DNA of 58,362 nucleotides, the filler included, from Sphacelaria rigidula (taxonomy: Eukaryota): NCBI GenBank assembly GCA_964200075.2. It is 10 parts of 10 records of this genome, joined end to end, with 100 filler letters (N's around TTAATTAATTAA, not from the genome) between each part and the next. Parts side by side here need not be neighbours in the genome. Positions count along the whole stretch, not along the records: positions 46,773 to 52,517 come from CAXNAA020024786.1; positions 52,618 to 58,362 come from CAXNAA020024787.1; 8 more parts are not named here. The stretch is one strand, 5' to 3'. The notes beneath the pieces were generated by a model, which saw only the letters and a list, made by a program, of their open reading frames with translations, ran no database searches and was not told where the DNA came from. The stretch's first letter is position 1, and the number at the start of each line of letters is the position of its first letter. Of the stretch, positions 46,854 through 58,362 are shown in pieces. The position numbers and the translations under genes were made by a program.

Positions 46854-49800
46854 CACGGAACGTACCAGTTCCACCAAGACGCTTGGTCATCCATCAGCAT
46901 CACCGCCAAGAACTTCATTAAACGGCTCCTGGTCAGAAACCCACAGGAGCGAATGAGCGCAGCGGAGGTGAGCAAATCGGCAGAGCGTGGAAGTCGCCTG
47001 TAGTTTTGCTCTTTCTGAGCGTGCCGATCGCACATATTTACTCCCAGTCTCGAGGTGGCGCCTCTCCTGCTGTTTTGTCAAGTTGCTGCTTGCTTGAATA
47101 CAGTAGTGGGCGGTCCAACCATTCATTTCTTCGTGATCGGCGATTTTCTTGGGCTCTTTTCGCTTGCCACCGCTTGTCACATTGAGGATTCGAAGATATT
47201 TGTATCCGCTCCACGTTCCAAGAAAAAAAAAATCATCTGTACTCAGTATTGAGTGACTTACGGGCTGACCGGTCACCAGAGGTCCTGCGGCTTTTCAGCC
47301 CAGATTCTTACTTTTCGGTATTTTTGGTCGATCGAGCCTGTCCCGATCATATTTCTAAAAAAATGTACAGTTTTACTTTTTTGAGGTTGTGCCTACTCAT
47401 TGCACCAGAGCCGATAAACTGTGTTTCATGGTCAATAACACAATACTTATGAACGGGGTATTTACTCGTTTCGCCCGATAACACCAACCAGCGCTGACTT
47501 GGGCCCTGCGTTTCGAGGATGATCTCTTTATTGTACCAAAATCTACCGACGCTAGCAATTTCGAGTTCTATCGAAAAGTAGAACGCGAGGAATACCCCCC
47601 AAACCCCACTAAATAGTTAGACCGCCCCCTACTGTACAAAAGACAAGACAGACGATGGGCCAGCCTACGGTTAGGGAGACCAACCAGCACAGAATTTGAA
47701 GGAAGGGAGTGCGGGACGCACTGTAATATCTGCGTCCCATGTCCGTGGATGTATGGTACTTGCATATGGTACCACGCCAGTCACGTCATGGGCGCTCTAG
47801 ATTGGCCAGCGCTTGTCGCGGGACCCCAGGCTGCGGGTGACCCTTTGCGTTTCCCACAGCGCGGATGCAAGACATGCGGCGCCAGAAAATAAAAATATAC
47901 ATGGTTGATTGTTAGTTATTGTGACCCGAAATATATGTGAAGCTATCGCGCTGCCCCACGGTGAGGCACACACCGTCCAAGAGCACGCCGCAACCATTTC
48001 GTTCGACATATAGGTGGTTCCACATGAAGTAGACGATCGGCCACGCCCCTGCGGCTTTCTTCACTCGCGTACACTTGCTGTTGCCGTTGCTGTTGCTGTT
48101 GTTCTTGCGGGTCGTCAGGCGTTGCTTAAAATGTTCCGAAATGATTTTTTACTGCGTAATCGTTGTCATTTCCTCCACCTGCTGGTTCATGAGGAAGAGT
48201 TATGGTCACCTATTTGGCGGCTAACTGTATTGCCCACTAGGGGGTCCGTATCAGACACCAACATGAAATGATTTGATGTTTGCTTGATGTTCCATAATAT
48301 CGATACATCGCTGATTACCAGAGTTGAGGTTGTTGGGAAAAAAAGTCGGAAAAGTCACGTGAATTTTTGTCATTGTTAGCGCAAAGAAATATTTGGCGAA
48401 CGAAACGAAACATCAGTCAACCCCCCGCAAAATATTGTCAACGTAACTCGGCGTGAGATGGATTTTCGCAATGTGCTGATCGGCTGGAACCAGCCGCACT
48501 CCTTCACCTGTTCTTGGGCCTTGTTGATGCCACCAGAGGAGACCTGTAGAAGCTACTGTAGCTGTTGTTTGGGTATCTATCTCCCAGTGCGCAGTACGTC
48601 GTCACTGTGCGTTCAACTTTGAAGTGGAGGAGCCCCGAAGAAGTACAGAGGGGGTCCGATGGTCTGACATCGTGTAGCCCAAGCGCGTGTTTCATAGGCT
48701 CATACGTTGACTGGGTTGTGGATCTTCCTTGTGCTTCGATATTTTCTGGTTACAGATCGTACACAGCTGGTACGGCTTACATCGCGTGCTTATGCGCACC
48801 TCGCTGCCATTGTAAAAAGCAGTGACGAGGTACATCTCAGATAAGTTGTCCATGTTGGCACGTGGTGGCGTGGGCTGCAGATGAAACGGCATATACTTGG
48901 TGTGTCGGCAAAACGCCTTGCTCGTGGCAGGACTATATGTCGCGTGTACGCGACTTTGAAAGGTTGTGGTGAGCTCGGCAGAGGAACGGAGGGTTGAAAA
49001 TTTCAGGGATATACACGTTACACACGTGACACGTTTGAAAAAAAACGTGGGAAACGCAACTTTGGGTCATTTAACCCTACGTAAGGTTTGATTTTGTCGA
49101 CGGGACAAACGTAACGTGATGCAGCGTGTGGACCTTGCAGCAGTGTCTCTTGGGATTTTTGACATGTAAAAAAAGGGTGCTTTTTTGTGAATTTTTAACG
49201 TCACACATGACACGTTACAAATTCACAAAAACAAGCAGAGTTTTCGTCACATTTGGAAAGTGAACCGCTACGTTAGAGTTCATTCGAAGGACCACACGTT
49301 ACATCACGTTACGTTGCATTTGTCCCATCCGAAAAATCAAATCTCACGACGTGGCGTTAAATTTCCCGAAGTTGCGTTTCTTCGAATGTGTCACGTTAAA
49401 GTGTCACGTATACCGCGTAGACCCCTGGAAAAATTTCCAGGCATCACCCCTCCCCACCCAGTGCGTCCCAAGCCCACATCAAAGTTTCCCCCCAGCTCAC
49501 AGCTTCCAGTACGCCGACCCGGGAACATCTGGGTTATGCCAACAACAGCGAAGCCAACGCCGGAAACATATATTGCATCACTAAGCATGCCAAAAAAATG
49601 ATCCCAGGGTCATGGGTTCTATCCTGGTCAAGTTTTGGGATGTTGCCGCTGCTCGCGTTGCAGCGAGCCCTGAACGGCCAAATAGACCCCTCCCATGCAT
49701 CGCTGACTAAAGATGGTTGATTTCTGTTCAGCAGCGGAAAAAGCGAAAGGTCGTGTGGTTCTCAGAAGTTGAGCTGCCAACACAAACGGATCTTACGTAG

Positions 49801-51897
49801 AATAAAAAAAGAGCGAGAGCCCGAAATTCTGAATCATACAGTACATCTGATTCGCTTAAACATGATGTTGCTTTGTACGTATCTTTGCTATCCAGGCCCA
49901 ACACCACCCGTGGTTGAACGAATGTAGCGCTCAAGTGGAAAAGAAGGGGGTCTGTGACAGTGCCATCGATAACCTCAAGAGGTTCAGGGACACCAACTAC
50001 CTCAAGAAGCTGGCTCTCGAGCTCGTGGCGCGTTCGCTCGACACCCAGCAGATCCGAGAGCTGGAGCAATGCTTCCTTGTGGTATGTGGCATGCCATGCT
50101 TTGGGACTAGATGAGACTTCGATGTGATTCCAGCTACAGGCTCTTGTAGGTGGATGTGGTGCTTCTCGTCCATCTGATTCATCGTTAACCCTGATTGCCT
50201 TTTTGTTTCACCGCAGTCCGAAGCCGCCAGTTGACAGAGGACGCAATTTGTGGTCATGATTTAGAACTTGTGGGGGACTATGGAACACAGGTTGTGTGTG
50301 CCTGGAGTGAATTTGACGCTCTCAGCTTGGATAATTTGTGGCGTGCCTTCGCAGAGAACGATACTCGATACTCAGAGAGGAAAGTCTTGTCAAGGGCTGT
50401 GGTCGGCCCGGGGCTCTGAAACGGGAGCAACAGTACTTTTGATTTTTTCGCAGTCCTAGGAAGATCTCACCGACACGTTTTATATGAAAATATTATGAAC
50501 CGTTTCATCCAAATGCGGCGTAAAAGACATTTCCTGGACCAGTGGGGCGTCACTATTGGTCAGTTCGAGATGCAAACGCGCGCCCATCACTTCAGGGCAT
50601 GCAGCATCGCCGACAGGCACCCATGAAGAGGACGCGCGTACAACCACAGACTACCGTGGCTATTTTCACTGTCGTAGTAGAATGCATGGAGTAGGGCTCC
50701 GATGGAGCACTTTCGCTCTCGTGTTGCGGGAACATGAACGATGTCTGTGTAGAATCAATTGTGTAACCTTCACATGTTAACGTGTTTACAGCCCACTCTG
50801 CAGTTTTGGCACAATTTTAAGAATACTGCTTGGTTTTGCGAAAACAATCATTGCAGTATCATGTCTTGACGAATCGAAGCCGAACACATGATACGTGCTT
50901 CAGTAAGAGCTATCGTGCGGGCTATCTCGTACTGCTCGAAGGGCAGAGCAAGTGTACTGGTCAGCGTTCGAATCCCGTGGATTGGTCATGCCTTTTCAGC
51001 TGTTGGTCGTTATAGGCCCAAGTCTCGCATGTTTGTGGAGCATTTTCACTGCCGGTGCCGGTGCTGGACCCAGTTTTTTTTTTTCCTCGCACTTTGAACC
51101 CCTTCCCTTCCTCGGGATGAGTCCGTGGTCTCAAGGGATCAACCCATTTCTCCCCCGGCACGTGCCTTTCATTTTGGACTCGCGGATCCGGTCAGCACTC
51201 CCGCAGCGCGTCAACCACGTCACACAAACCCAGTTGACTACTTTGTTTGCTCACGTTCTCACGCTTTCCACAGTGGATATCATACATTACGAAGAAAAAA
51301 CCCACCGCATCGGGAATCGGACCCCCGTTCTCTTAACCGTAATGGTGACAGTCGGACCATTACACCACCGGGGCGCGGCTGTATGATCGAAACCGATTTT
51401 GTAATTGATCTCGATCTTGATCTCCAATATTATTTAGCTTAAGCATACCCTTCGTGCGAGGCCACGATCAAAGTATCCGCATTTTCCGTTTGGGTTGAAG
51501 ACCAGTTGATGTCTGTTCCTGTTTTATCCCCCTTGTGCGGCCCCAATGATATTGCACGGTGTGCTGACCTGTGTCTCTGCTTCTGTCTGCGTCTGTCGAT
51601 TATCAACTTCGAGCTGTATTTCGGGCCATGCGACATGGATGTGGTGTTGCTTATTTCAGACATTATTTGTTTCCCTCCGCTTTGCTTGGATTACTGACCA
51701 CCTCGCCACGCGGCATGTTTCTTTGATTTGGTTGCTGCTCCCGCGCTGCGTGGTTTTTGCTCGCCTCGATTACGACCGCTCGATCATGCGGGATGGCTAT
51801 TGCATCCTATTTGAGCAGATGGATAAGGACGGAAGCGGAACGATATCTTTTGAAGAATTCACGAGCGTGCTCTCTAGGCAGGAAAACCTGTCTGTAG
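46854..51897 (+). CDS. CDPK: Calcium-dependent protein kinase, three internal exons (kinase subdomains X-XI, junction, first EF-hand)
   Basis: Exons 46854-46967 (HGTYQFHQDAWSSISITAKNFIKRLLVRNPQERMSAAE), 49896-50081 (AQHHPWL...NLKRFRDTNYLKKLALELVARSLDTQQIRELEQCFLV) and 51819-51897 (MDKDGSGTISFEEF...). All have canonical AG/GT boundaries and join in phase. Confidence 0.93.
49004..49427. mobile_element. hAT-like fold-back MITE in CDPK intron
   Basis: CAGGG...CCCTG termini, ~130-bp imperfect inverted arms, and flanks gaaaattt / gaaaaatt (near-perfect 8-bp TSD). Confidence 0.7.
51074..51379 (-). mobile_element. SINE S2 copy in CDPK intron
   Basis: Reverse complement head gccgcgccccggTGGTGTAATGG...GGTCCGATTCC, S2 body and poly-A tail. 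Confidence 0.88.
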
Positions 51898-52517
51898 GTA
51901 AGTTCTCTGGAGGTGGCAAGTGTGCTGACGGTTGGTTGCATGTTGCATGTTGAATGTTATGACGAAGGGCGCACGTTGATGAATGTCATACGATACAAGT
52001 GGCGGAACCCACCGTACGAGAGGGTTGGTTGACTCACTGCTTGTTTTGTTTTTGTGACGACTTTGGTGTCTCTATTCGCTGATTTTTCATAGTATCTCTA
52101 CTTTTCATACACACCTGATCGCCCCTTTAGTTCGAGATACAAGCTCAGTACTCGTGCAAGGCGGCGGAACCGTGACCCACCAAATGATAGAAAACATACG
52201 CCGTGACTGCTCTGAGATGAGAGCCGCAATTGTGGCTCCATCATACGCCTCACCTCTGTGTGGCATACTTGGTTGAGAAATTCTCGGGAAAAGCCTCGGT
52301 GGAAGCTCCTGAAAGCCGTCACTGCTGAGAACGAAGAAGTCCTGGAGGGGCTGTCTTGCAGCGGAGACTTGTGTCGGGGGCAGCGATCACGTGCATCGCA
52401 TATCTACTACCCCACGTCGAAAGTATTGGCATGTTTCATGGTGCACGCCTTTGCAGATTCCTTGCTCCCCCCCCCCCCCAAAGCCGAAGGCGCAATGGAC
52501 ATGGTCGAGGCAGTGCA

Positions 52518-52617
52518 NNNNNNNNNNNNNNNNNNNNNNNNNNNNNNNNNNNNNNNNNNNNTTAATTAATTAANNNNNNNNNNNNNNNNNNNNNNNNNNN
52601 NNNNNNNNNNNNNNNNN
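52518..52617. other. Artificial contig linker
   Basis: N44-TTAATTAATTAA-N44. Confidence 0.98.
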
Positions 52618-53524
52618 AAAAAAAAGCTGGAACGAATTGGGGTGTTTCCAGGTCTCCCTGACGGCAGTAGAGCACAAGGACGTTATTCAAACGATGCATA
52701 ACCGCCGTGCGTGCATTTTTAACTCTCTTTTGACCTTTGTGAGATGATATGTCAGGATGTGTGTATGATGTGTTGCGCTACCTTTGGTTGATCACATTTT
52801 AGTTGGGATATTCGGGGTGTTTATCCAAGTTGGTCTATCCAAGTTTTTGCCGCGGGTTGCCACGGCGGGCGTTTATTTTTCTGTTTGTATGTATGTGCAC
52901 AGTTGAGATCAATGGGCAGGAATTATTATACATTTTTTTAAGTATTTTTTCATTATTTCATTCGTCTGTTTATATAGGAATTAGTACACCAACAACCCCC
53001 CCCCCTCGAAAGGCCCCAGATAAAAAAAATGGGAGTGTGGGTCCAGGATTTTTTTCTCGTGCGCCCTTGCCCCCCCCCCCCTATCGTAGCATGACTCGAT
53101 CATCATTCATGGTGGGACAGGACATGCCATCCTACGCAAAAATCCGTTTTTTAAATTGGTGCTGATCTCGACAAGATTTAGCCCATCTTGCGGAGGAGAG
53201 GAAGAAGCGGCCCCGTGCCAGTAGGGTAAAAAAATGGCGGGTCCTGTGCTATCGGGGCGAAAAAAAAGGGGCTGGTTTCCATCTTTTGTGTGGGCTTCGC
53301 CCGGTAATTTAATTGCTTAAAATACCTAAAATACACACTCCTGGACTGGCGGGCGTTTGTCAGTAAGCGCATTTCGTGTGCGCTGGTAAGGCATATACGT
53401 GGGGGTTTATATCATATATACGGGCTGGTGGTTGAGCACATGTAGTGTGTGCTGGCAGGACATTCAGCATCTTGGTTTTGGGACGACAATGAAAGCATCG
53501 TTCTGTGTACGCAGATTATATGAG

Positions 53525-53860
53525 TGCCCCAGATGAACATCCCAGATGGGTCAAGATGAATGTGACGCCCCAGATGTATCTTGATGTGTCCTATGGAGAT
53601 GGATCGTCATCCCCAGGCAAATGTTGTGACATAAAGAGCTCTGTTATATGCCATAACCCTTCTCCCCATGTAGATATGACGAAGCCAGGGTTGATCTCGA
53701 AGATGTAAAATAGAGGCATTATATAGATGTTTCGCACGGACTTACCTCGAGTGGATAGCACAGCGCGACACCCACCTAGATTCGGGATGTTCCAGATGGA
53801 TGTTCCAGATGGATGTACATGTCCCAGATGAACGTGGACGGTTCACACCTGGGACATTCA
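53525..53860 (+). repeat. Degenerate CCAGATG(GATGT) short-unit repeats
   Basis: Repeated cccagatg and gatgttccagatg units at ~53528-53600 and ~53785-53832. Confidence 0.55.
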
Positions 53861-56800
53861 AGGTCCGGATGAGAATGTCTCGGTGGGATTTGAGGTCCCA
53901 CAGGCCGACCCACATGGAAATAGGGTTGAAAACATCCAAACGTTCTTGTCAGGTCTCCGGCACGCGATACTAAATGACAACCTAACTCTGGTATGGCGAA
54001 CCACCAAGCTACTAGTAGGGTTATCCTGGAGGCTTACCCAGTATGTACACCGCCACACTCAAGGCGAACGAACCCTGAGCATGCTCACGACGAGACCAGT
54101 GAACCCTGATGGTCAAATCGCAACTGTCGCCAGCTGCTTGGGTGTAAAAAACACACAAAAAAAAACTGCTTGTATGACCGTCGGATCTTGCAGATCCATT
54201 TTTTGGCGAGAGGGCTTGATGTCGGGGTCTAGCCAAGCCGTACAGCCCAGGACACAATAAATTCAGACACCAATAGACACATCAACTCATCGCTTTATCC
54301 AGAAAATCTTGAGTGCAACATGAAGCGTGGGGATGGCTACGTCGTGGTGGTGACCTTGCAACCTAGGCCAATGCCGAGCCTTCGGTTGGAGAAGCGGTAC
54401 ACGAGGATCGACTACTCGTCGACGTGAGTTAGAGCGATTGAGGCATGCACAATAGCCTGTTACGACGGGACAGCTTTGTTGTAACTGCGCACCAACGGTG
54501 CGGTTGGTATGTGGATCAGGTGCTTCTTCTCCCAGAGTTTATCCTCTCCTACTGTAAGAGGTTGGACGAGCTTATTGCCCAACTCATTTCCAAGGCCGCA
54601 TCGTGGAACAAACCTTCGCATTTTTTTGTGCCGTAATAGTGGTGAGCCCGTCTTTCTAAAAAAGCAAATCGCAGCTGTTTTTCTCGACTGCCGTCATTGC
54701 CGCCAGCACCTGGCCATCACGATTATCAATTGACGCGCACGTTTGTATAGTATTGATCCTAGTACCGAGGTTGAAGTTGCCCTAACTCTATCGGCGGCTC
54801 CCTCTGGACATATGAAGCTAAGCTCTAAAGGAATACCCACGCAATGAGGAGCGATGCGGGCTTGCCAGTCTTTGACAGCACCACCAGTCGTGGGCCCACT
54901 CCTGTTCTTGAGTGAAATGTGGCATCATGATCCTTCACTCGAGGACTTCCATTGGGGGGGTTGCGCCGCATTTTTTTGTCACGTTCGTTTACGGGCTCGG
55001 GCTTGGGGCGGATGAAGTGTCCACAGCTTTAACGTCTAGGCGGCGCACACTCAAGTCGAGGTGCCATGTTCGAACCTTCAGGTTATGGCACGCTAGTGGT
55101 ATTTCCGATACAATTTGAGGTATAGCGCGGTTGCAGCGAAAACAAGGATACGTTGGCTCACAGCTGCTTGAGAACTCATTATTGTCATGTCGAGTAAGAT
55201 GGGTCAGAGGACGGGCACAACTTTCACTCCGCTGCCCAGGGCAAGTTGAGGTGAGCGTATAACACGCGTGTATGCTGCCCAAATTTTGCGTCCAGGTGCA
55301 TTATGAGAGATATTCTGGACAGCATGTCGCGGATGCTCACGGTGAATAGCGTCGATCTCACGTTAGAGGACGAAGGTATGGTGAAATGTTGTGCACCATG
55401 GACCAAAGATTACGTTGTCAAAAAATGTACTGGGTACAAATGTACGAAATCTACTGTCTATGAATAGTGCATTAATCAGACGCAACAGTCCACACTGTAC
55501 GCAGTATTATAGCAGTGTTCTCATCTGAAATGGATTTTGTAATTTTCTCGTACTACTGTAGTCGGCGATTTTCAACGTTTTTTTGGCGTGCCACCGCTCA
55601 CCCTAGCGAGCGGTTGATCCCGACATGTGACAGACGGGAGGTACTAGGCATCCGCTTCACATTCCGAACAAGATTCGTCTCTGCGCTCAATATTGAACGA
55701 CTTCCGAGCTGAATGGACAGGGGGAGTTTTTGACCGTTTTTGGTCCAAAACATACTTATTCTCCGCTTTACCGCAATGAATACGTAGGTAAAATTGAATA
55801 ATACGTATCCGTAAAATCATTCATGATAGGGATCGGAATTGGTTCACCCCCGCCTAGCTGTGCTATGCAGAGCTCGGTCGGGCAATTTTCGTTTTTGTGT
55901 ACTTCTCTGAATTTTCTCGTCTAGTAGACTCTATCTGTCCTTGGCGCTTAAAAGTCCCAGCGTCGATATTTATTGGGAAGAGAAGCAGGCCGGGCTCAGA
56001 ACACAATCCTCAATTGGTGTTGTCGGGGTGATATGGAACAGGCACCGTGTCCATCAGGGGGGTGTTATCGACCGCCACTGGTCCAATAAACACAGCTTTT
56101 CGGCTCCAGCTCAATAAATAGATAGAAATGAGAAACAATAACTTTCAATTGTTGATGAAAACGACTGGGATTGCTTCAACCGAGCAAAAATACTCGAGGG
56201 TCAGAACCCGGGGCTTGGTTGTCACAGGGCCCCCGAAAACCGGTCACCTCATAAATCGTTCAATAATGAGCGCAGATGTGTTCTTATTTCGAAAAGTGGC
56301 GGGGATATCTAGTATCTCCTGATCCCCAAACTTTGGGATCAAACGTTCACTGGGATGAGGGGGGTGGAACGCGAAAACACCTTCGAATATCCCCGACTAC
56401 GAAAAAACTAGGAAAATATCCTAGTTCAGATGTCAACTACTGTACACTTTTTGGCAATGTGATCTCTTGTCCATGTTGATGGATATTCTACTCCGGCAGT
56501 GTAGAAAACTATCATAATAGGATGTCTGTGTACGTATCACGCTGCGTACTCGTAATAGCAAAATACGTTGCCTTTATTCTTATAATATATACATAGCTAC
56601 GTACAGACTCACGACTCACTGCCCGCACTTCTATCCGCGTGTTCGCAGCGCATCTCACATAACTAATCCGTCTTACCGATACCTACCTGCGGATCACGCC
56701 TGATGCGCTTGTTTTATGATTCCGCGAAGCGTGCCCTCGTATTGAAAATTTTGTGCCCTCTCATCGCCCAGGTGTGCCCATCTATGAAGTCAGCATCATG

Positions 56801-57790
56801 TTCACTTGAAAAATGGTTGTCATACAGACTCGGGTGTAGGCAATAGTAACTTTCTTGATCCACTGTCTTAGGGATTCTGGCGAGCTTTTGCGACATTTGA
56901 TGCACTAAGAAAAAAACAACGCAAAACCCTTCCGATTTCTCTCATGTTCGTCAGGCCGTCATTTCACGCGAACAACGTTTCAGAAGGGCCGAAATGTCTA
57001 TACTCTACACAGCACATTCGTGTAAACCAGATCGTGAGCTAATTTTCAGATCCTGGACAAGATATGTTAGTCCATTGTACTTTTTTACCTGAACGGATCT
57101 TCAATAAAGATTGAAGCCGTTACTCGTGGGAGCAGCAGCATGTCGTGTTTCATTTCTACATAGTCGTCGTTATTCAAGACTCACACGGCTAAATTCGAAA
57201 TAGTAGGGGCGACTCAGAGCTGACCCTTGTAACTAATTCAAAAGATGACAACGACAAGGAGACTAAAAATCGACTCCCACGACCGAGTCGGAAGTGGCCA
57301 CGACTACGAGCCGGCTCTTATGATGAAATTCTGAAAACAACGACGAGTAGGAGTCGGCTCCTACGACTGACTACATTTGGAAATGGCGATGACTCATGGT
57401 CGATTCACTAGACCTGAGGCAAAACGGCGCCTCTCGAGCAGCCGCTGCTGTTTTTCTCGTCGACGGTTGCGGTCGTGTTAAATAACGAGGGTTTCTCTCC
57501 GTTTTGGTCTTGGCCTTGATTCTCTGGGCGACCTCCTATTCCCTACCCCATCCCTTTGTCGCCAGCATCAGTAGAGAGCGCTTGTCTACTGCGCCGGAAA
57601 TGCAGGTACGTAAAGGGATTCCTCTGCTTTCCCTCGTTTGTCCCTGCCGCTACCTGGGTTACAACAAAGTGACCACTCCTGTTCCCGCCACGTAGTGCTG
57701 GTGGCGTCCGCCCACCTCTCTCAGCCCCCTCTTGTTCACTTTGCGAAGATACATCAGCACCACTGCATGTACTGTAGGAGCATTGCTCAC

Positions 57791-58124
57791 TTTTTTTTTC
57801 CTGCCTCAATTTTACCCGTTCCCCCTCCTCGGGACGAGTCTGTGGTCTCGAGGGATCAACCCACCTCTCCCCCGGTACACGCCTTGCGCTTTGGTCTCGC
57901 GGATTGGATCATGACCAGCGCTTTCGCACCGCGTCGACTCTCGTCAAACAAACTCAGTCACGGCAACTCACCTTGCTACTCACTCACTGACACTTTCATC
58001 GACGATAATTAGATTCTGTACTTCAAACAAAAAAAAGTCAAACGCATCAGGCGGGAATCGAACCCGCATTCTCTCCATCCTGATGGTGTCAGCTGTACCA
58101 TTAGACCACAGGGGGTAGAGCGGC
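57791..58124 (-). mobile_element. SINE S2 copy (more diverged)
   Basis: Reverse complement head with TGGTCTAATGG and GGTTCGATTCC boxes, shared S2 3' body (gggttgatccctcgagaccac) and A-tail. Confidence 0.82.
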
Positions 58125-58362
58125 CACATTGTCGAAAATAACTGGCTGCTCGGCCAGCGGCTGACCCAACGACTCAACACTCGAGCTTTGTCAGATAGTT
58201 GAGGGCTAGACTGTGTGTAGCACACACGCCCAAAAAGACTCAATAACAGCCGATTTTCTAAAATGGGGTTGAAAAAAAAAATGAGGTTCAACTCAAAAGC
58301 CGTGCTTTCCCTTGCCTGAATTCATGCCATATGATTTCCCTATGCAGCGCACGGAAAAGACC

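Noticed and set aside
39469..51897. Signalling cluster of membrane protein, WW protein and CDPK
   Set aside because: The three genes lie on separate contigs joined artificially.

Overview
This is eukaryotic, intron-rich, repeat-rich DNA, most consistent with a brown alga or related stramenopile. That assignment is inference from long GT-AG introns, TTAGGG repeats, a CDPK and an Ectocarpus-type multi-pass membrane protein. The window is not one locus. It is ten unrelated short contigs (5747, 5747, 5747, 5747, 5746, 5746, 5746, 5746, 5745, 5745 bp; sorted by length) joined by nine identical 100-bp linkers (44 N + TTAATTAATTAA + 44 N), so neighbourhood across linkers is meaningless. Supported host-gene fragments are the 3' end of a gene with a C-terminal RanBP2/NZF zinc finger, the last exon of a multi-pass membrane protein, three exons of a tandem-WW protein (one GC-AG intron) and three exons of a calcium-dependent protein kinase. 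Mobile DNA includes a spliced, decayed DDE transposase (DUF7869/Sola-like) with N- and C-terminal halves pointing away from a 175-bp inverted repeat, decayed Ty3/gypsy, Ty1/copia and LINE RT remnants, two tRNA-derived SINE families, and hAT- and piggyBac-like MITEs. Short TTAGGG tracts occur exactly where three interspersed repeats are broken. I see no prokaryote-type system (CRISPR, defence island, operon). The best leads are the split transposase, the telomere-repeat scars and the possibly uncatalogued SINE/MITE families.
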